Shown: positions 9,906-22,854 of the stretch, one piece after another
Position numbering within the stretch: the first letter of the stretch is position 1
How the letters are laid out: the number at the start of each line of letters is the position of its first letter
Assembly (NCBI RefSeq): GCF_001194135.2
Contig: NC_068985.1
Span: forward strand, 108,511,981 to 108,546,030
From: Octopus bimaculoides
Lineage: Eukaryota
Direction: 5' to 3'
DNA: 34,050 nt
Made by a program: the position numbers and the translations under genes
Notes under the pieces: generated by a model
The model's input: only the letters and a program-made list of their open reading frames with translations
Databases searched by the model: none
Told to the model about the DNA's origin: nothing

Positions 9906-10139
9906 AAGACTTTTCTTTTAGATTTTATAGATTTTTAAATTAGTATTTTGTAGAGTACGTTTTTCTTGATGGTGTCTGATCTCCTTCATTGTTTGGATTG
10001 CACCTTGGTGGTTCTTCCCTAATTTATTAATATATTTCTTATTATAAAATTCAATTTGGTATTACTTAATTGAATATCCTTGTAAGTTTGGATTTTAACA
10101 TTCCCTAATATTATAATACTTATAATTATATATACTTAA

Positions 10140-10262
10140 TCAACCCCGAAAGGATGAAAGGCAAAATCGACCTCGGCGAAATTTGAACTCAAAACGTAAC
10201 CGTAGACGAAATGCCGCTAAGCATTTCGCCCGGCGTGCTAACGTTTCTGCCAGCTCGCCGCT
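10140..10262 (-). mobile_element. SINE family A, 5' half
   Basis: Reverse complement AGCGGCGAGCTGGCAGAAACGTTAGCACGCCGGGCGAAATGCTTAGCGGCATTTCG..GAGTTCAAATT..CCGAGGTCGA. Confidence 0.9.
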
Positions 10263-10399
10263 TTAAACCACTATGGGATATCATGCAACCAAATCTAATA
10301 TCAGGTATTCTGTCATCCGGAAGAGTTTTCATGCAACGGGTAGAAATATTGGCAGCTCTACTATGAGGAAGTTCTTATATTCAGTGATTTCACTTTCTC

Positions 10400-10514
10400 T
10401 TTCTTTCCTTCTATTTTAATGCCTTTATTCCTTTCCGTCTTTCTTCCTTCTTTTCTTTCTTCGTTTCTTTCTTCGTTTCTTTCTTCGTTTCTTTCTTTCT
10501 TTCTTTCTTTCTTC

Positions 10515-10557
<43 letters not shown>

Positions 10558-10678
10558 TTTCTTTGTTTGTTTCTTTCTTTGTCTCTTCCCTGCCTTCCTT
10601 CTTCCTTAGTTGTTTGTTTCATTCTGTCTTTCACCTGTCTATGAGTCCTATCTATCAATCAGGCTGTCTGTCTCCTTT

Positions 10679-10714
<36 letters not shown>

Positions 10715-10835
10715 TTATTATGCGGTGAGCTGGCAGAATCGCTAGCACGCCGGGCGAAATGCTCAGCGGCATTTCGTCCGTCGTTACGTTCTGAGTTCAA
10801 ATTTCTTTCTTTCTTTCTTCATCTTTCCATTCCTC

Positions 10836-10899
<64 letters not shown>

Positions 10900-10900
10900 A
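10400..10900. repeat. (TTTC)n and (CT)n pyrimidine microsatellite array, interrupted by a SINE head
   Basis: Direct inspection. Confidence 0.9.
10721..10803 (+). mobile_element. SINE family A head only (ends right after B-box) inside (TTTC)n
   Basis: TGCGGTGAGCTGGCAGAATC..CTGAGTTCAAATT. Confidence 0.9.
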
Positions 10901-10957
10901 TCTACAGATACCTTCAACCTAGCATTCTTCCCCCTCTTATTAGCATCACCACCAGCG

Positions 10958-10958
10958 A

Positions 10959-11017
<59 letters not shown>

Positions 11018-11105
11018 TTGTTGCTGCCGACCTTGTCGCCTCAGCCGCTGCCGCCCCAGCCGCCACTGCCGCAGCATCCGGTGCCACACCTCACCCCGCC
11101 GCCAG
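10958..11105. repeat. Compound trinucleotide tract (CTA)n>(CTG)n>degenerate (CCG)
   Basis: Direct inspection. Confidence 0.8.
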
Positions 11106-11604
11106 TCACAGAGCTTTTATACATACATTCAAACTGATAGTTTCCCAGGATACTTGCAATAGCACCGAATTCGATTCAGAGAAACCTTCAATCGATAAGT
11201 AATGATTTTCTTTGAAACGTAAGACAAAAATATTAAAAGAACAAAATATAAAGAAACAAAAAAAAAGCAGCGCAAATGAATACAATCAAACAAGCAGCAC
11301 AAACTACAAAAAAATGGAAACGTAGCGAAAATATATATATAAAAAAAATGTACACATTAAGAAAAAATATATGCATAAAAATATACATGAATTATAATAT
11401 ATCGAATATATATAAACAAATAAATAAGTAAATGAATAAATGAAAACATCTATTTCTTCTCACCGGCACCAGTCCATAGTTACCGTAAACATCTACAACA
11501 TCAGTAACGTCAACAGCAGAAGTAAAGAATTAAATAAATATATAAAAATATTAAATAAACTAAATAGATGAATAAATTAAAGTAATGGTATTAATAATAT
11601 TCCT

Positions 11605-11923
<319 letters not shown>

Positions 11924-11948
11924 AATAATAATGATAATTATAATAAAC

Positions 11949-12083
11949 TTTTCTACTAAAGGCGCAAGGCCTGGAATTTTGGGAGAGGGGAATAGTCGGT
12001 TACATCGACCCCAGTGTTTCACTGGTACTTAATTTATCGACCCCGAAAGGATGAAAGGCAAAGACAGCCTCGGCGGATTTTGA
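11949..12083 (-). mobile_element. SINE family A, headless; flanked by (TAA)n arrays
   Basis: GGCGCAAGGCC..AATAGTCG.TTACATCGACCCCAGTG..CTGGTACTTAATTTATCGACCCCGAAAGGATGAAAGGCAAAG. Confidence 0.9.
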
Positions 12084-12121
<38 letters not shown>

Positions 12122-12336
12122 TTAATAATAATAATAATAAGAAGAAGAAGAAGAAGAAGAAATGATGAAAGTCTATGAGAGAAATGATCCATCATGGAAT
12201 CGAACAAAATTTTGCAGCAAATTTTATCAACCAAACATTTCCGCCGTCAAGTTAACGCTATGACAGAATTTCACTGACGACATCGCTTAGTAGCACCTCC
12301 ACCGGCGTTCATATCAACATGGCTACAAAGCACGCG

Positions 12337-12392
<56 letters not shown>

Positions 12393-12489
12393 TCAATTAT
12401 TTGTAGTTTCTTGATCCGAGTAACACATTTCTGCAATTTCTTGCTGCAACACCTCACAGAAGATTTGCTTATAATGATAAAATAATTTT

Positions 12490-12598
12490 TCAATATTTGT
12501 GGGAGGAGTTTAGTCGTTTATATCGACACCAGGGCTCTGCTGCTACTTGTTTTATCAAGCAAGAAAGGATGAGAGGCAGAGACGACCTCAGCAGAATT
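12490..12598 (-). mobile_element. SINE family A fragment (older)
   Basis: TAGTCG..ATCGACACCAG..GAAAGGATGAGAGGCAGAGACGACCTCAGCAGAATT. Confidence 0.65.
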
Positions 12599-13671
12599 GT
12601 TCATAGATTAATACAATGCCTTAGAATATTAGAAAAGAACTTCATTCAATTAATACTCCAGCTTTCGTGAAACTATGTCATTAACAACTGATATGGTAAG
12701 ATAGTTTTTTTTAAACTTCTAGCGATAACGCTGACATTTTCTTTCTGTAACATTATCTTAGGCGTAATATGATAGGTTTTCCTTCCAGTTTTTTGTTATA
12801 ATTTGTCATTTATTTTATCATATTTCACTGATGCATATTCTCTACTCAGTAGCATACATTCTCTCTCATTTTCTTCCTATCTTCATACGTCGGTTTGTCT
12901 GCCTGCCTCTCCCTGCCTCTCCCTGCCTCTCTCTCTCTCTTCCCTCTCACTCCCTCTTTATTCGTTTTTCTCCACTCTTTCACTCCGTCATAAAGTCATA
13001 AACATGTAATACAGAAAAAAGCACGCATGTGTACAATATATACATATATCATTATACATATATATACATACGTGTGTGTATATATGTGTGTATGCATGTA
13101 TATATGCTTATCTGTGTATGCGCGTTAGTGAGTAGGTTTATGTGTTTATTACTAACGTATTAAGCAGCATTTGGGTTTAATTTGATATGAAATACTTCAT
13201 TCAAAACTCTGCAGCTTTAGTCTCTCTGCGACAGTGAAACAAAATGGCTACTCCACAAGTCTTTATTTGCCTGTATGCAAAAGAAGTGGCTTAGATCTGA
13301 CAATTTATCTTCTCAGCTCCACAATGCTTTCTAGGATTTTGGTGATAGTGTTCTCAGGCACCTCCTCCATTGGATTCAACCAGAAGAAGAAAAAAAAACC
13401 TCATTAGACATTCAAAAAGAATTGCTAAGCATGACCAAATGAAATTATGGCCATTATCCAACCGTTTTGTTCTTGTCTACCTGTAGGACTCTTGCAGCTT
13501 GTCTTCGCCTGTAAAACGTTTGCGACAACATCGGTCGCAAGCTACGGCGGCCCAAATCGGTAGCATTTCCCTAGAATAAGCATTGATGTTGTTGAGACAG
13601 GAGACATCTATACATGAGACATCTATACATGAGCAAATGACAGTCTTCTTCAAAGTACCTATCTATCTACC

Positions 13672-13775
<104 letters not shown>

Positions 13776-13867
13776 TGTAAATGGAATAGATGAAATCCAG
13801 GCTATCTGCTTGTCTTCTGTGTCTCTGTCTGTTTGTCTTCTGTGTCTCTGTCTGTCTGTTTCTCTCT

Positions 13868-13958
13868 CTAGGCTTAGAAAGAATAAATCCTGGGGTCGAT
13901 TTGCTCGACTAAAGGCAGTGCTCCAGCACGGCCGCACAAATAAAAGAATAAAAGAATA
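13868..13958 (+). mobile_element. SINE 3' tail fragment
   Basis: CCTGGGGTCGATTTGCTCGACTAAAGGCAGTGCTCCAGCACGGCCGCA then AATAAAAG repeats. Confidence 0.6.
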
Positions 13959-13994
13959 TATTTTGTCATGGTCCGGACGATTGTGTGTTCGAGT

Positions 13995-14724
13995 CACATG
14001 TGTAGCCTTCGACTTTTTCTATCCTACAACGATGAAGGTGAAGCTTTTCTCTAGGAAATCTTCACAAGAGATGAGACCTGGATCTATTACTTCGAACCAG
14101 TGTTCAAAAGGTAGATTATGGAGTGGAAAAACTCTGAATTCCTATGGGAAAAGACATTCAAGTTTCAACCTTCTGCAAAAAAAAAAAAAAAATGACACTC
14201 ACAGTGATTTGGACATTAGACTGGGACATTAGATGGAAAAGAAGTCAGCAATCACCAGTATATGCAACCGTAAAATGCTGGTTAACAAACTGAGACCGGT
14301 AATTCGTACCAAGCACCGAGGCCTATTATCAAAGCAAACTGCTATGGTTGCATAACAATGCACGCCCACATACCGCCGTACATACCGTTGTAGCCTTTGG
14401 AAAATTAGGTTTCGAGTTGCTGAATCATTCTGTATGCAACCCAAATCTCGTCCCATCCAACTATTAACTATTTGGACCACTCAAACGCCTTACAATGTCG
14501 TCGATTTACTACGGATGAAGAAGTGCAGGAAGCGGTGCATAAATAGTTGTACGATCAGCCGAAAAGCTTCTTTTCAGATGGAATAAGCATGCTTGTTAAC
14601 TGCTGAAAGAAATCCTTTAAAAAATGCAAGGAGACTGTCAAAAAACGATGTAATTATTCAAACCCTGCTTTTGTTTTAATAGATTACAGAAACAGAAGTG
14701 CTTAACATTTTGAACTTCCCCTCG
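13995..14724 (+). mobile_element. Mariner (Tc1/mariner DD34D) 3' half, decayed; irritans-like
   Basis: Frameshifted translation: TRDETWIYYFEP, KLRPVIRTKHRGLLS, LHNNARPHTA, LFGPLK, RRFTTDEEVQEAVH, QPKSFFSDGI; 3' end TTTTGAACTTCCCCTCG followed by TA (14725-14726). Subfamily call is from recalled motifs. Confidence 0.8.
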
Positions 14725-15314
14725 TATTTTGTTTCATTTTCTCAGTGTAGGCGCTGTGAATTGTAGGCTACCTACATTAAAATTATTATATACAAGTGAC
14801 GTGTTCAAAAGAACGTAGTCAGTCAACTCAGAATAACATAATCTAAGTACTGAGTGGCAGCATATTTTACTGAAATAGTGATTCCAACAGAAGGCATTTT
14901 GTTTCGATTCAACGAAAGAAAATAACTTTTGTTGTACTCGATGTTTTAGTACAGTACACGCACATACATGTAAATGTATCTGAATGTGTGTAAGTGTGTG
15001 TGCATGACTGTATATGTATGCATGTGTGTGTGTATTTATGAGTTTGTGTGCGCGCTAGTTTCAGTGTGTGCTTGTTCACAAACAAGCAAGTCAAATAGGC
15101 ATATGTTGTCGGTGTTATAATATGTTGTTATCACGCGCAGTCACTGTAAGATAGCATTAGATCTAAAACTAGTGACAATAATATCCTTATCAAAAATACG
15201 TCGGAATGTTATTTTGCTGTAATTTTGCTCACATTTCTGTAGAAATACCAAAACAAAAGAAATGTAACGAGTAAGAAGAGAAAAAAAAATGTTGTCGATG
15301 AAAACGAGACGGTG

Positions 15315-15655
15315 GATTAGGAGGAAGAGAAGGATGATGATGTTGAGGAAGAGGAGGGGACGATAGTATTGATAATGGTGGTTTTGTTGATGAAGGTGGT
15401 GAATATCACGCTCAAGGCAACCACGATCATGATAAGACTGAGAACAAGGATGGCGTTGATGATGATAATGCTGAAAATGATGATGGTGTGGAATTCGTAG
15501 GGGGCGAAGATGATGATGATGATTCTGATGAAGACGATGATAGTGATGATTACGATAATGAACATCGTGATAATGATCATGATGATGGCTACGATTATGA
15601 GGTTGGCAGTAGCTGTGATGGTGGTGATGTTGGTGGCTAAGATGATGTTGAAACA
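15315..15655. repeat. Degenerate (GAT/GGT)n trinucleotide tract
   Basis: Direct inspection; source of the His-rich and Met/Ile-rich spurious ORFs. Confidence 0.85.
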
Positions 15656-15703
15656 ATATTTGCGGTACAAATATTTGCGGTATTTGCTTTGGCTCTTTAC
15701 ATT

Positions 15704-15925
15704 CTGTGTTCAAATTCCTATGAGGCTGATTTTGACTTTCATCCTTTCATTATTGATACAAAATAAAGGCGGTGTGCTGGCAGAAACGTTAGCACGCCGG
15801 GTGAAATGCTTAGCGGTATTTCGTCTGTCTTTATGTTCTGAGTTCAAATTCCGCCGAGGTCGACTTTGCCGTTCAAATTTTCGAAGTCGATCGATTAAGT
15901 ACCAGTTGCGTACTGGGGCCAATCT
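15704..15925 (+). mobile_element. SINE family A (partial body 15704-15765, then a copy from 15768 running into the gap)
   Basis: GGCGGTGTGCTGGCAGAAACGTTAGCACGCCGGGTGAAATGC..GAGTTCAAATTCCGCCGAGGTCGACTTTGCC. Confidence 0.85.
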
Positions 15926-16479
15926 NNNNNNNNNNNNNNNNNNNNNNNNNNNNNNNNNNNNNNNNNNNNNNNNNNNNNNNNNNNNNNNNNNNNNNNNNNN
16001 NNNNNNNNNNNNNNNNNNNNNNNNNNNNNNNNNNNNNNNNNNNNNNNNNNNNNNNNNNNNNNNNNNNNNNNNNNNNNNNNNNNNNNNNNNNNNNNNNNNN
16101 NNNNNNNNNNNNNNNNNNNNNNNNNNNNNNNNNNNNNNNNNNNNNNNNNNNNNNNNNNNNNNNNNNNNNNNNNNNNNNNNNNNNNNNNNNNNNNNNNNNN
16201 NNNNNNNNNNNNNNNNNNNNNNNNNNNNNNNNNNNNNNNNNNNNNNNNNNNNNNNNNNNNNNNNNNNNNNNNNNNNNNNNNNNNNNNNNNNNNNNNNNNN
16301 NNNNNNNNNNNNNNNNNNNNNNNNNNNNNNNNNNNNNNNNNNNNNNNNNNNNNNNNNNNNNNNNNNNNNNNNNNNNNNNNNNNNNNNNNNNNNNNNNNNN
16401 NNNNNNNNNNNNNNNNNNNNNNNNNNNNATATATATGTGTGTGTGTGTGTGTGTGTGTATGTGCGTATCTTTGTATACA

Positions 16480-17548
16480 TTGGGTTGGCAACTAAGTTCC
16501 CGCTGTTTTTTTTAATTAAAATTTTTTTTAAAGATTTAATAAAAAAAATAACAGCTAATTAATCAATAATGTATTCACCCTTGTTGTTTGCAACTTCTCA
16601 ACGTTCAACGAGATTTTCAATACCTCGTTGGTAGAAATCACCCGATTTCGACTCGAAAAATTGATCGAACCAAGCTCTCAATTCTGCATCAGTATTGAAC
16701 AAGACTCTGCGCATAGCATTTGAAAGAGATCGAAAGAGGTGGAAATCCGCAGGTGCCAAATCAGGAGAATACGGCGTGTGTGGCAGCACTTCCTAGCCAT
16801 GCGTTTGAATAGTCATATTGGCGATATGAGGGCGGGCGTTGTCGTGCAGCAGAACTCCATGCTACCGATTAGATCTTTTCTCTTGAATAGCGGTGTTGAG
16901 TCGTTCCATCTGTTGAACGTAGAGTTCCACATTGACCGTTTGGTTCCGTTCAAGCAATTTGTAATGGATAATCCCTTCCCAGTCCCGCCATACGCACAAC
17001 ATCGTTTTACGCGGATGAAGAATAGCGGAGATTGTGGTTCGTTGATTTTTGTTGTTGTCACTTAAATCATGCGGAACCCATGCTCCATACTTCTGAACCT
17101 TTCCTATCGAGTGAAGATGCTTCTCTATAGCAGTGTGGAAGCATTCTATTTTCTCTGCTAGTTCCCTTGTCGTTTGACAAGCATTTTCGTGCAAAAGTTG
17201 GTTTAATCCCTCTACATTGAACTCAACTGGACGGCCAGAACGAGGTGCGTATTTGAGATCAAAATTTCCATCTTTGAACTTGGCATACCAATCTCCATAC
17301 ACAACACAAATGTCGCGAGCAGCTTTTGTGGCCTTAGAACCTTGATTAAAAGCAAAAGAAGGAGGTGTCGAAAATGCTCGTTTTTCTTAACTTGACATTC
17401 CATTTTAATGATCTGAAAATAAACTAAAATTAACTACAAAAAAAAAAACAAAAAAAAAAATAGATTCCAAAATGATTCAGAAATAGAATTCTTGAAAAAA
17501 ATAAATTCCAAAATTTTAAAAAGGGTGGGAACTTAGTTGCCAACCCAA
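16480..17548 (-). mobile_element. Mariner transposon, internally deleted (1069 bp), mellifera-subfamily-like
   Basis: Matching 22-bp TIRs TTGGGTTGGCAACTAAGTTCCC (16480-16501 and 17527-17548); TA target dinucleotide at 17549-17550, CA at 16478-16479. Confidence 0.95.
16559..17403 (-). pseudogene. Mariner transposase pseudogene
   Basis: MECQVKKNEHFRHLL / WYAKFKDGNFDLKYAPRSGRP / GAWVPHDL / LHDNARPH / PHTPYSPDLAPADFHLFRSL; frameshifts, stops, first catalytic Asp region deleted. Confidence 0.95.
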
Positions 17549-17978
17549 TACACACACACACACATGCTTGTATGTATGTATATTTATATATGCTTGTTTG
17601 TTTGTGTGAGTGTGTGTGCGTGTGTATGTGTGTGTGTGTGTGTATGTACGGAAGAATTTATAAAGTTAAAAAAAACGTGAGATAGAATTTCTTTTTTCTT
17701 GACACTAGATCTCAAAACAAATAAGCTATGAATAAACCTTTATTGAGTTAAAACACTTTGGAAGGAAAACATTGATGTCTGTCGGTGTGGCTGTAATCTA
17801 TACCTGTTGTAAATATTACAGGCGTTCTACCTTTGGACCAAAGCATTCCTCCGAATTTCTCTATCCATTTTACAGATGTGGATTCGAATCCAACGAGCAA
17901 CCTTCAATTTCGTCTATCTAAAGGTGTTGGTCACCTTAGCGCAATATTTACATGCTGTTATGTACACCTTTATTTGCT

Positions 17979-18065
<87 letters not shown>

Positions 18066-18812
18066 ATGCATGTATGTATGTATATTTATTCAAAATGCGC
18101 ATTATTGAAGACACTATACTTCTACAATAACTAGGAGAAACGCCCTTTCCCTCATATCACTAATCTCATAAATCATTCATTACTTGTACAACCACCGTTG
18201 TTATTTGCAAGGATATTTCACTCAAAAAGGAAAACTTTTTGTTAAGATAAATGTCTATCAGTAATTTGATTAATCATATGACGTCATTGTTTTGGTTTTT
18301 TTTTCAAAATTTGACAGTCACCTGACGTCTAGGCTGTATTTGATAGTTTTAAATATTTTTATCCTTTTGATATATTGTTTGGATTTTTTTCATTTTGTTT
18401 TAGAAAGATAATGCATCAGAGTCGTGTAAAACAAAATAGATTAAGAAGAAAAGAAAAATAACTGGAAATACTAGAAGAAAAGAAAATGATTGAATTTCTA
18501 AAATTGAAATATCTCTTTAATAAAACTAAACAATATACGTATAAAAGAACAAAAAAAAAATCGATGTCTGACGAAACTGTCATTAGCAACAGTATTGTCA
18601 TTGTACAGTTTTATATATTCGTGTAACATAGCTCCCCTGGTGGCGGAATTTTTTGTACTGTCTGTGTTTAACGTCGGAGATATGGGTTATGGCATATCAG
18701 TCATGAGAGTCAAAGATTAGATTTAACTGAAAGGCTGATCGAGTTAATTTCCAGCGTCAACACCTCCTATTTAAAAACAAGTACAGCGTTCTTTTATGAT
18801 CCTTAGGAAATC

Positions 18813-18912
18813 TTGAATACCAAACGGCAACCTAACAGTGTACTGTACTTTTTCCAGGATATATTGAATGCCAAACGGCAACCTAACTGCATTGTACTTT
18901 TTCTAGGGCATA
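18813..18912 (+). repeat. Two-copy 51-bp tandem duplication
   Basis: TTGAATACCAAACGGCAACCTAAC..TGTACTTTTTCCAGG (from 18813) vs TTGAATGCCAAACGGCAACCTAAC..TGTACTTTTTCTAGG (from 18864). Confidence 0.9.
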
Positions 18913-20074
18913 TTTACGTAAATAGGGCTAGCAAAGTTTATATGATGACGCAAGGATCAAATGTAATAAAAAATCTGATAGAGATTATTTCAAGCTTCGG
19001 AAACGCTGGTTTGAATAAACGTGGCATTCGCTTTCGAATGCAAACGTCAGACGCATTGGAAAATTTGAATGGAAGACGGTGACCTCTGCTTTTTCCATGT
19101 CTCGTGTTTACATTTTGGTAGATTGGACCAGCAAAACTTACATGTTCAAGCAATAAAAACTATTTCCCTTCCATGTTTTGGTAAATAAAAAAAAAAAATG
19201 TTTCCTGTTTCGATAGAAAATGGAATTAAAAGTCAATGGCGATATTTACAAAATTCTCCAAAATTATATTAACATTATAGTTTATAATTTAGTAAGATTA
19301 TAGTAGAAAGAACGTTCAACTTATTTATTGAACCCTTTAACTGCGTAATTAAATTCCATAATCATTCCCGTAACGATGTTAATTGTCCACCAAAGAATAA
19401 TATTGTTATTTTCTGCTCATGCAATATTTCCGTATCTCCTACAGGTACGGTTTCATATTCACTACTAAAAGCATTTGATTCTTGTGATGTATAGAGACAT
19501 TTAGTGAAATATCTGAAAAAATTACTGGAATCACCGCATAAGGAGAGTTTTTCTTCAAATCTATGGGGTAAAACCGCTTTTCGAAATAATGTTGATAAAA
19601 TTTTGAACAGATATATCCTTTCCCGCGTTCAAAGATTAAGGTTATTAAAATTATCTGGAATAACTTTCAGATAAAACAGCGTGTATCTTATATTGACTTC
19701 CTACTGTACTGCAGGCACATCGTTTCTTTTACGGACTATGACTGTGTGCCTGACGTACTCATAGCTATTTGGTTAAAGTGAAATTTTGTTGGCAATCAGT
19801 CACGTCTGTTTCCCGAGAGAAATAAATCGTGGAATTAGCTATGGCGGAATATCTGCTTTACAATGAACTACTTCTGCTAAAATGGCTACTCCGTTCAATA
19901 TCAGCGAACAGCCCTACGACCAGCATTGAAGAACTTGGTCTCGTGAATCTCATGATTTTGACACACACACATACACACACGCATACACCCCCCACACACA
20001 CATACACACACACACACCACGCACAAACACATACACAATATATGTATCTAAAGTAAGTCCTTTTGCATTACTGT

Positions 20075-20315
20075 TCCGAGTCCAAGAACTAATAGTGTCC
20101 GTTACTAGCTTCCATGGTGCATATAGGACCGAGATCGAACTATTTTCCTTGAACGGGAAGCCAGTCCATCGCAGGATTGCACATTAACACGTGAGTGGAC
20201 TGGAAGCATATGAAATAAAGTCTTTTGTTCAAGAACACAATGCACTATCCGGTTCAAGAATCGATCCTGTAATTGTATTGCAGCATCTTTACCACTGGAA
20301 CAAGAGCCTTCACAC
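20075..20315 (-). mobile_element. tRNA-derived SINE with CORE-like and V-domain-like segments (degenerate)
   Basis: - strand: CCAGTGGTAAAG A-box-like, GGATCGATTC B-box-like, GTGTTCTTGAACAAAAGACTTTATTTC, CCTGCGATGGACTGGCTTCCCGTTCAAGG. Confidence 0.6.
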
Positions 20316-21437
20316 ATGCTCTCTCTCTCACACACACACACACACAAGCGCCACTATTAGGCGGGTCAAAAAAACCTCGCTATAATATCCTTGACATTTC
20401 ACCGTTTATTATTCCCGCCAATTATTGGAAATATTACAAATACTTCGAACATTTTAACAATAATTACACCAATTTCGAGAAGAAAGTGTGACATTAAAGG
20501 CTACGCATAAAATATATTATATCTATCAACATTATAACATTAAAATTGGGGGGAAATAGTCGGAAACAAATTGAGCATTGTGGAAAACTACCTTCCCCTA
20601 ATTGGTATTAAATTGTTTATAAAATGCTCTTATGGTCGTTTGGAAAAGTGCGGTGAAACAAAAAACGGTAAAGTCTATTTTGACAAATGACAAATTGCTC
20701 ATGTTACCTACGTACGTATGTGTGTATGTATGCATGCATGTATACACACATACAAACACACACAGTAATAACAATAATAATCCTTGGATGTTATTTATAT
20801 ACAATACTGGTATCGCCAGTTGGCATCGTTAGACTGTAGCTGTCATAATAGAATAAGAGATTTTATATGCATATTCAAAGCATTTCCCGTAAACAAAATT
20901 GAAGGATATATAGAGGTATACCCTTCTGGCAAATTTCAGGCCTCTGACTGCCGATAACTCGAACCTTAGCATCAACCGTCACTATGCACCGCCTGCACCG
21001 AGGTCACCGCTAACAACCAACACCATAAGCAGGACCGCCAATTACCAATCTCTAACGTTTCATGAGAACGGAAAGTATCGTTGAAGAGGTCACAGATGTG
21101 CGACGAGTAATTTCCGAGCAATGGACATCAATTAAAATAAAAACTGTAATAAACGAGTGAACGGCGAATATATAGTGCGTGTGTTTATTTGGCCGAAAAA
21201 GAAGACCAAAAATAATAATGACCATTCCGAAATACAATGTCAGTTTCAATACATGATTTCACATCAGGAATCTTGCAACAGAAATATGTATATATACATG
21301 CATTCTATGAATATATATATATGTAAATGTTTATGTATACATACATACACGTACACATAAACATCACACAGACACAATCACAAACGTTCATACACGCACA
21401 TACACACAAACTCTCATACATATACATTGCATACCGA

Positions 21438-21630
21438 GCCTCGTAGAGGTCAGTTGGTAGAGTGTCATTCAGCTGGTCATAGTAACACCAAAAATTGCTT
21501 CAAGTTTGGTGAGGAAGGGGCAACCGTACCTGGGTAAGACTTAATTGCACACAAGTGAAGTTTGATGAACCGTGTGTAATATTACCCGGGGTGAATACCA
21601 CTGACTGATGAAAAATCAGTTACTGACCCT
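21438..21630 (+). mobile_element. tRNA-derived SINE (distinct family), degenerate
   Basis: GGTCAGTTGGTAGAGTG resembles tRNA D-arm GCTCAGTTGGTAGAGCG; degenerate B-box GCTTCAAGT; CCTCG/TGAGG acceptor-like pairing. Confidence 0.45.
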
Positions 21631-21726
21631 AGGATGCGTTACTGATGACGTGTCATGAAGTAATTACAAGATAACATTTGAAAGAAGAAAAAAACCCCAT
21701 TAATATATGTAATATATATATGTGTG

Positions 21727-21866
<140 letters not shown>

Positions 21867-22422
21867 TAAAATACTAAACGTGTAAAAAGTTTCCTGAAAA
21901 TATATCAAGTTCACTATTTTCTGTCTTTATGTTTCAGCTTGTCTTTTCTTTAACCTTCTGAATCTAAAAACAAAACTTATATATAAAACTCTAATAAGAA
22001 AACATATTAAACAATTTGGCATACAGTATTTCTATTAAAAGATCGCTTTCACTTTCTTTGCTTTTGCATTGGGTAAAAGCATGAATGACACAAACCCCCG
22101 TTTGTTGAGTGCCATAAATTGTAAGGACGTTTTGTCTAGATAAAAGACAGAAAAATCAATATCTTTTTGAGTTTAACTACTCGTTTTTTCAATAACTTGA
22201 ACTTTACTTGTGTTTTATTGCTTCAATGAAATTTGAATAAAGCAGACGATATGTTACTAAGTCTGTGAAATCTAATTCATTTGCCATTGTATGTAAAATA
22301 CATGTAGCTTGTAGCTCAAAGAAGCTGTAATAAAAAATAATGCGTATCAAATGAAAATAAATGATTCTTAGCATTAGATGAAGGCCACACTTTTATCTCC
22401 CCAGCCCCTCATACGTTATCTC

Positions 22423-22479
<57 letters not shown>

Positions 22480-22774
22480 GTATGGAGGAAGAGATGGGTA
22501 GATATATATGTAGACAGTCACATAAAAATATATACATATATGCACGCACACACACACACAAACACACACACACGCACGCACACACGCACACACGATCACT
22601 TGCATGTTTATTCATATTATGTCCCACCATATTCCAACGCAAATATGCTTTTCGCTATTGTTAACGTCGCAGGAGAATCCCTTCATAACATACTTCGCTC
22701 ATTCTCCTATGACGTAGACAGTGGCCGAAACTGTAAAAAAATTCCAGTGACTTACTTAAGCTCAAAGATTCAAA

Positions 22775-22854
22775 GGCTGTAGCAGGAAACACTTGCCCAA
22801 GATATCACAACTGAAGCAAGAATCCTGTGGTTGGGAAGTAAACTTCTTACCGCC
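22775..22854 (-). mobile_element. SINE family B fragment
   Basis: Reverse complement GGTAAGAAGTTTACTTCCCAACCACAGG..CTTGGGCAAGTGTTTCCTGCTACAGCC. Confidence 0.7.

Noticed and set aside
12331-12390. (CG)n-(CA)n alternating tract as a Z-DNA element
   Set aside because: Ordinary in this microsatellite-rich genome; no functional context.
18632-18648. CTCF-like CCGCCACCAGGGGAGC on the - strand
   Set aside because: Mismatches at conserved GGCG positions; a single motif match is not evidence.
19425-19450. AG|GT juxtaposition TTTCCGTATCTCCTACAG|GTACGG as a recursive splice site
   Set aside because: Donor is suboptimal and no host gene is established.
21600-21665. CTGATGA boxes in the 21438 SINE body as hammerhead cores
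   Set aside because: Both lie inside simple hairpins, with no GAAA box or GUH site in register.
22704-22740. ATGACGTAGACAGTGGCCGAAACTGTA hammerhead-like remnant
   Set aside because: Core has two substitutions, stem II is mismatched and there is no stem I.
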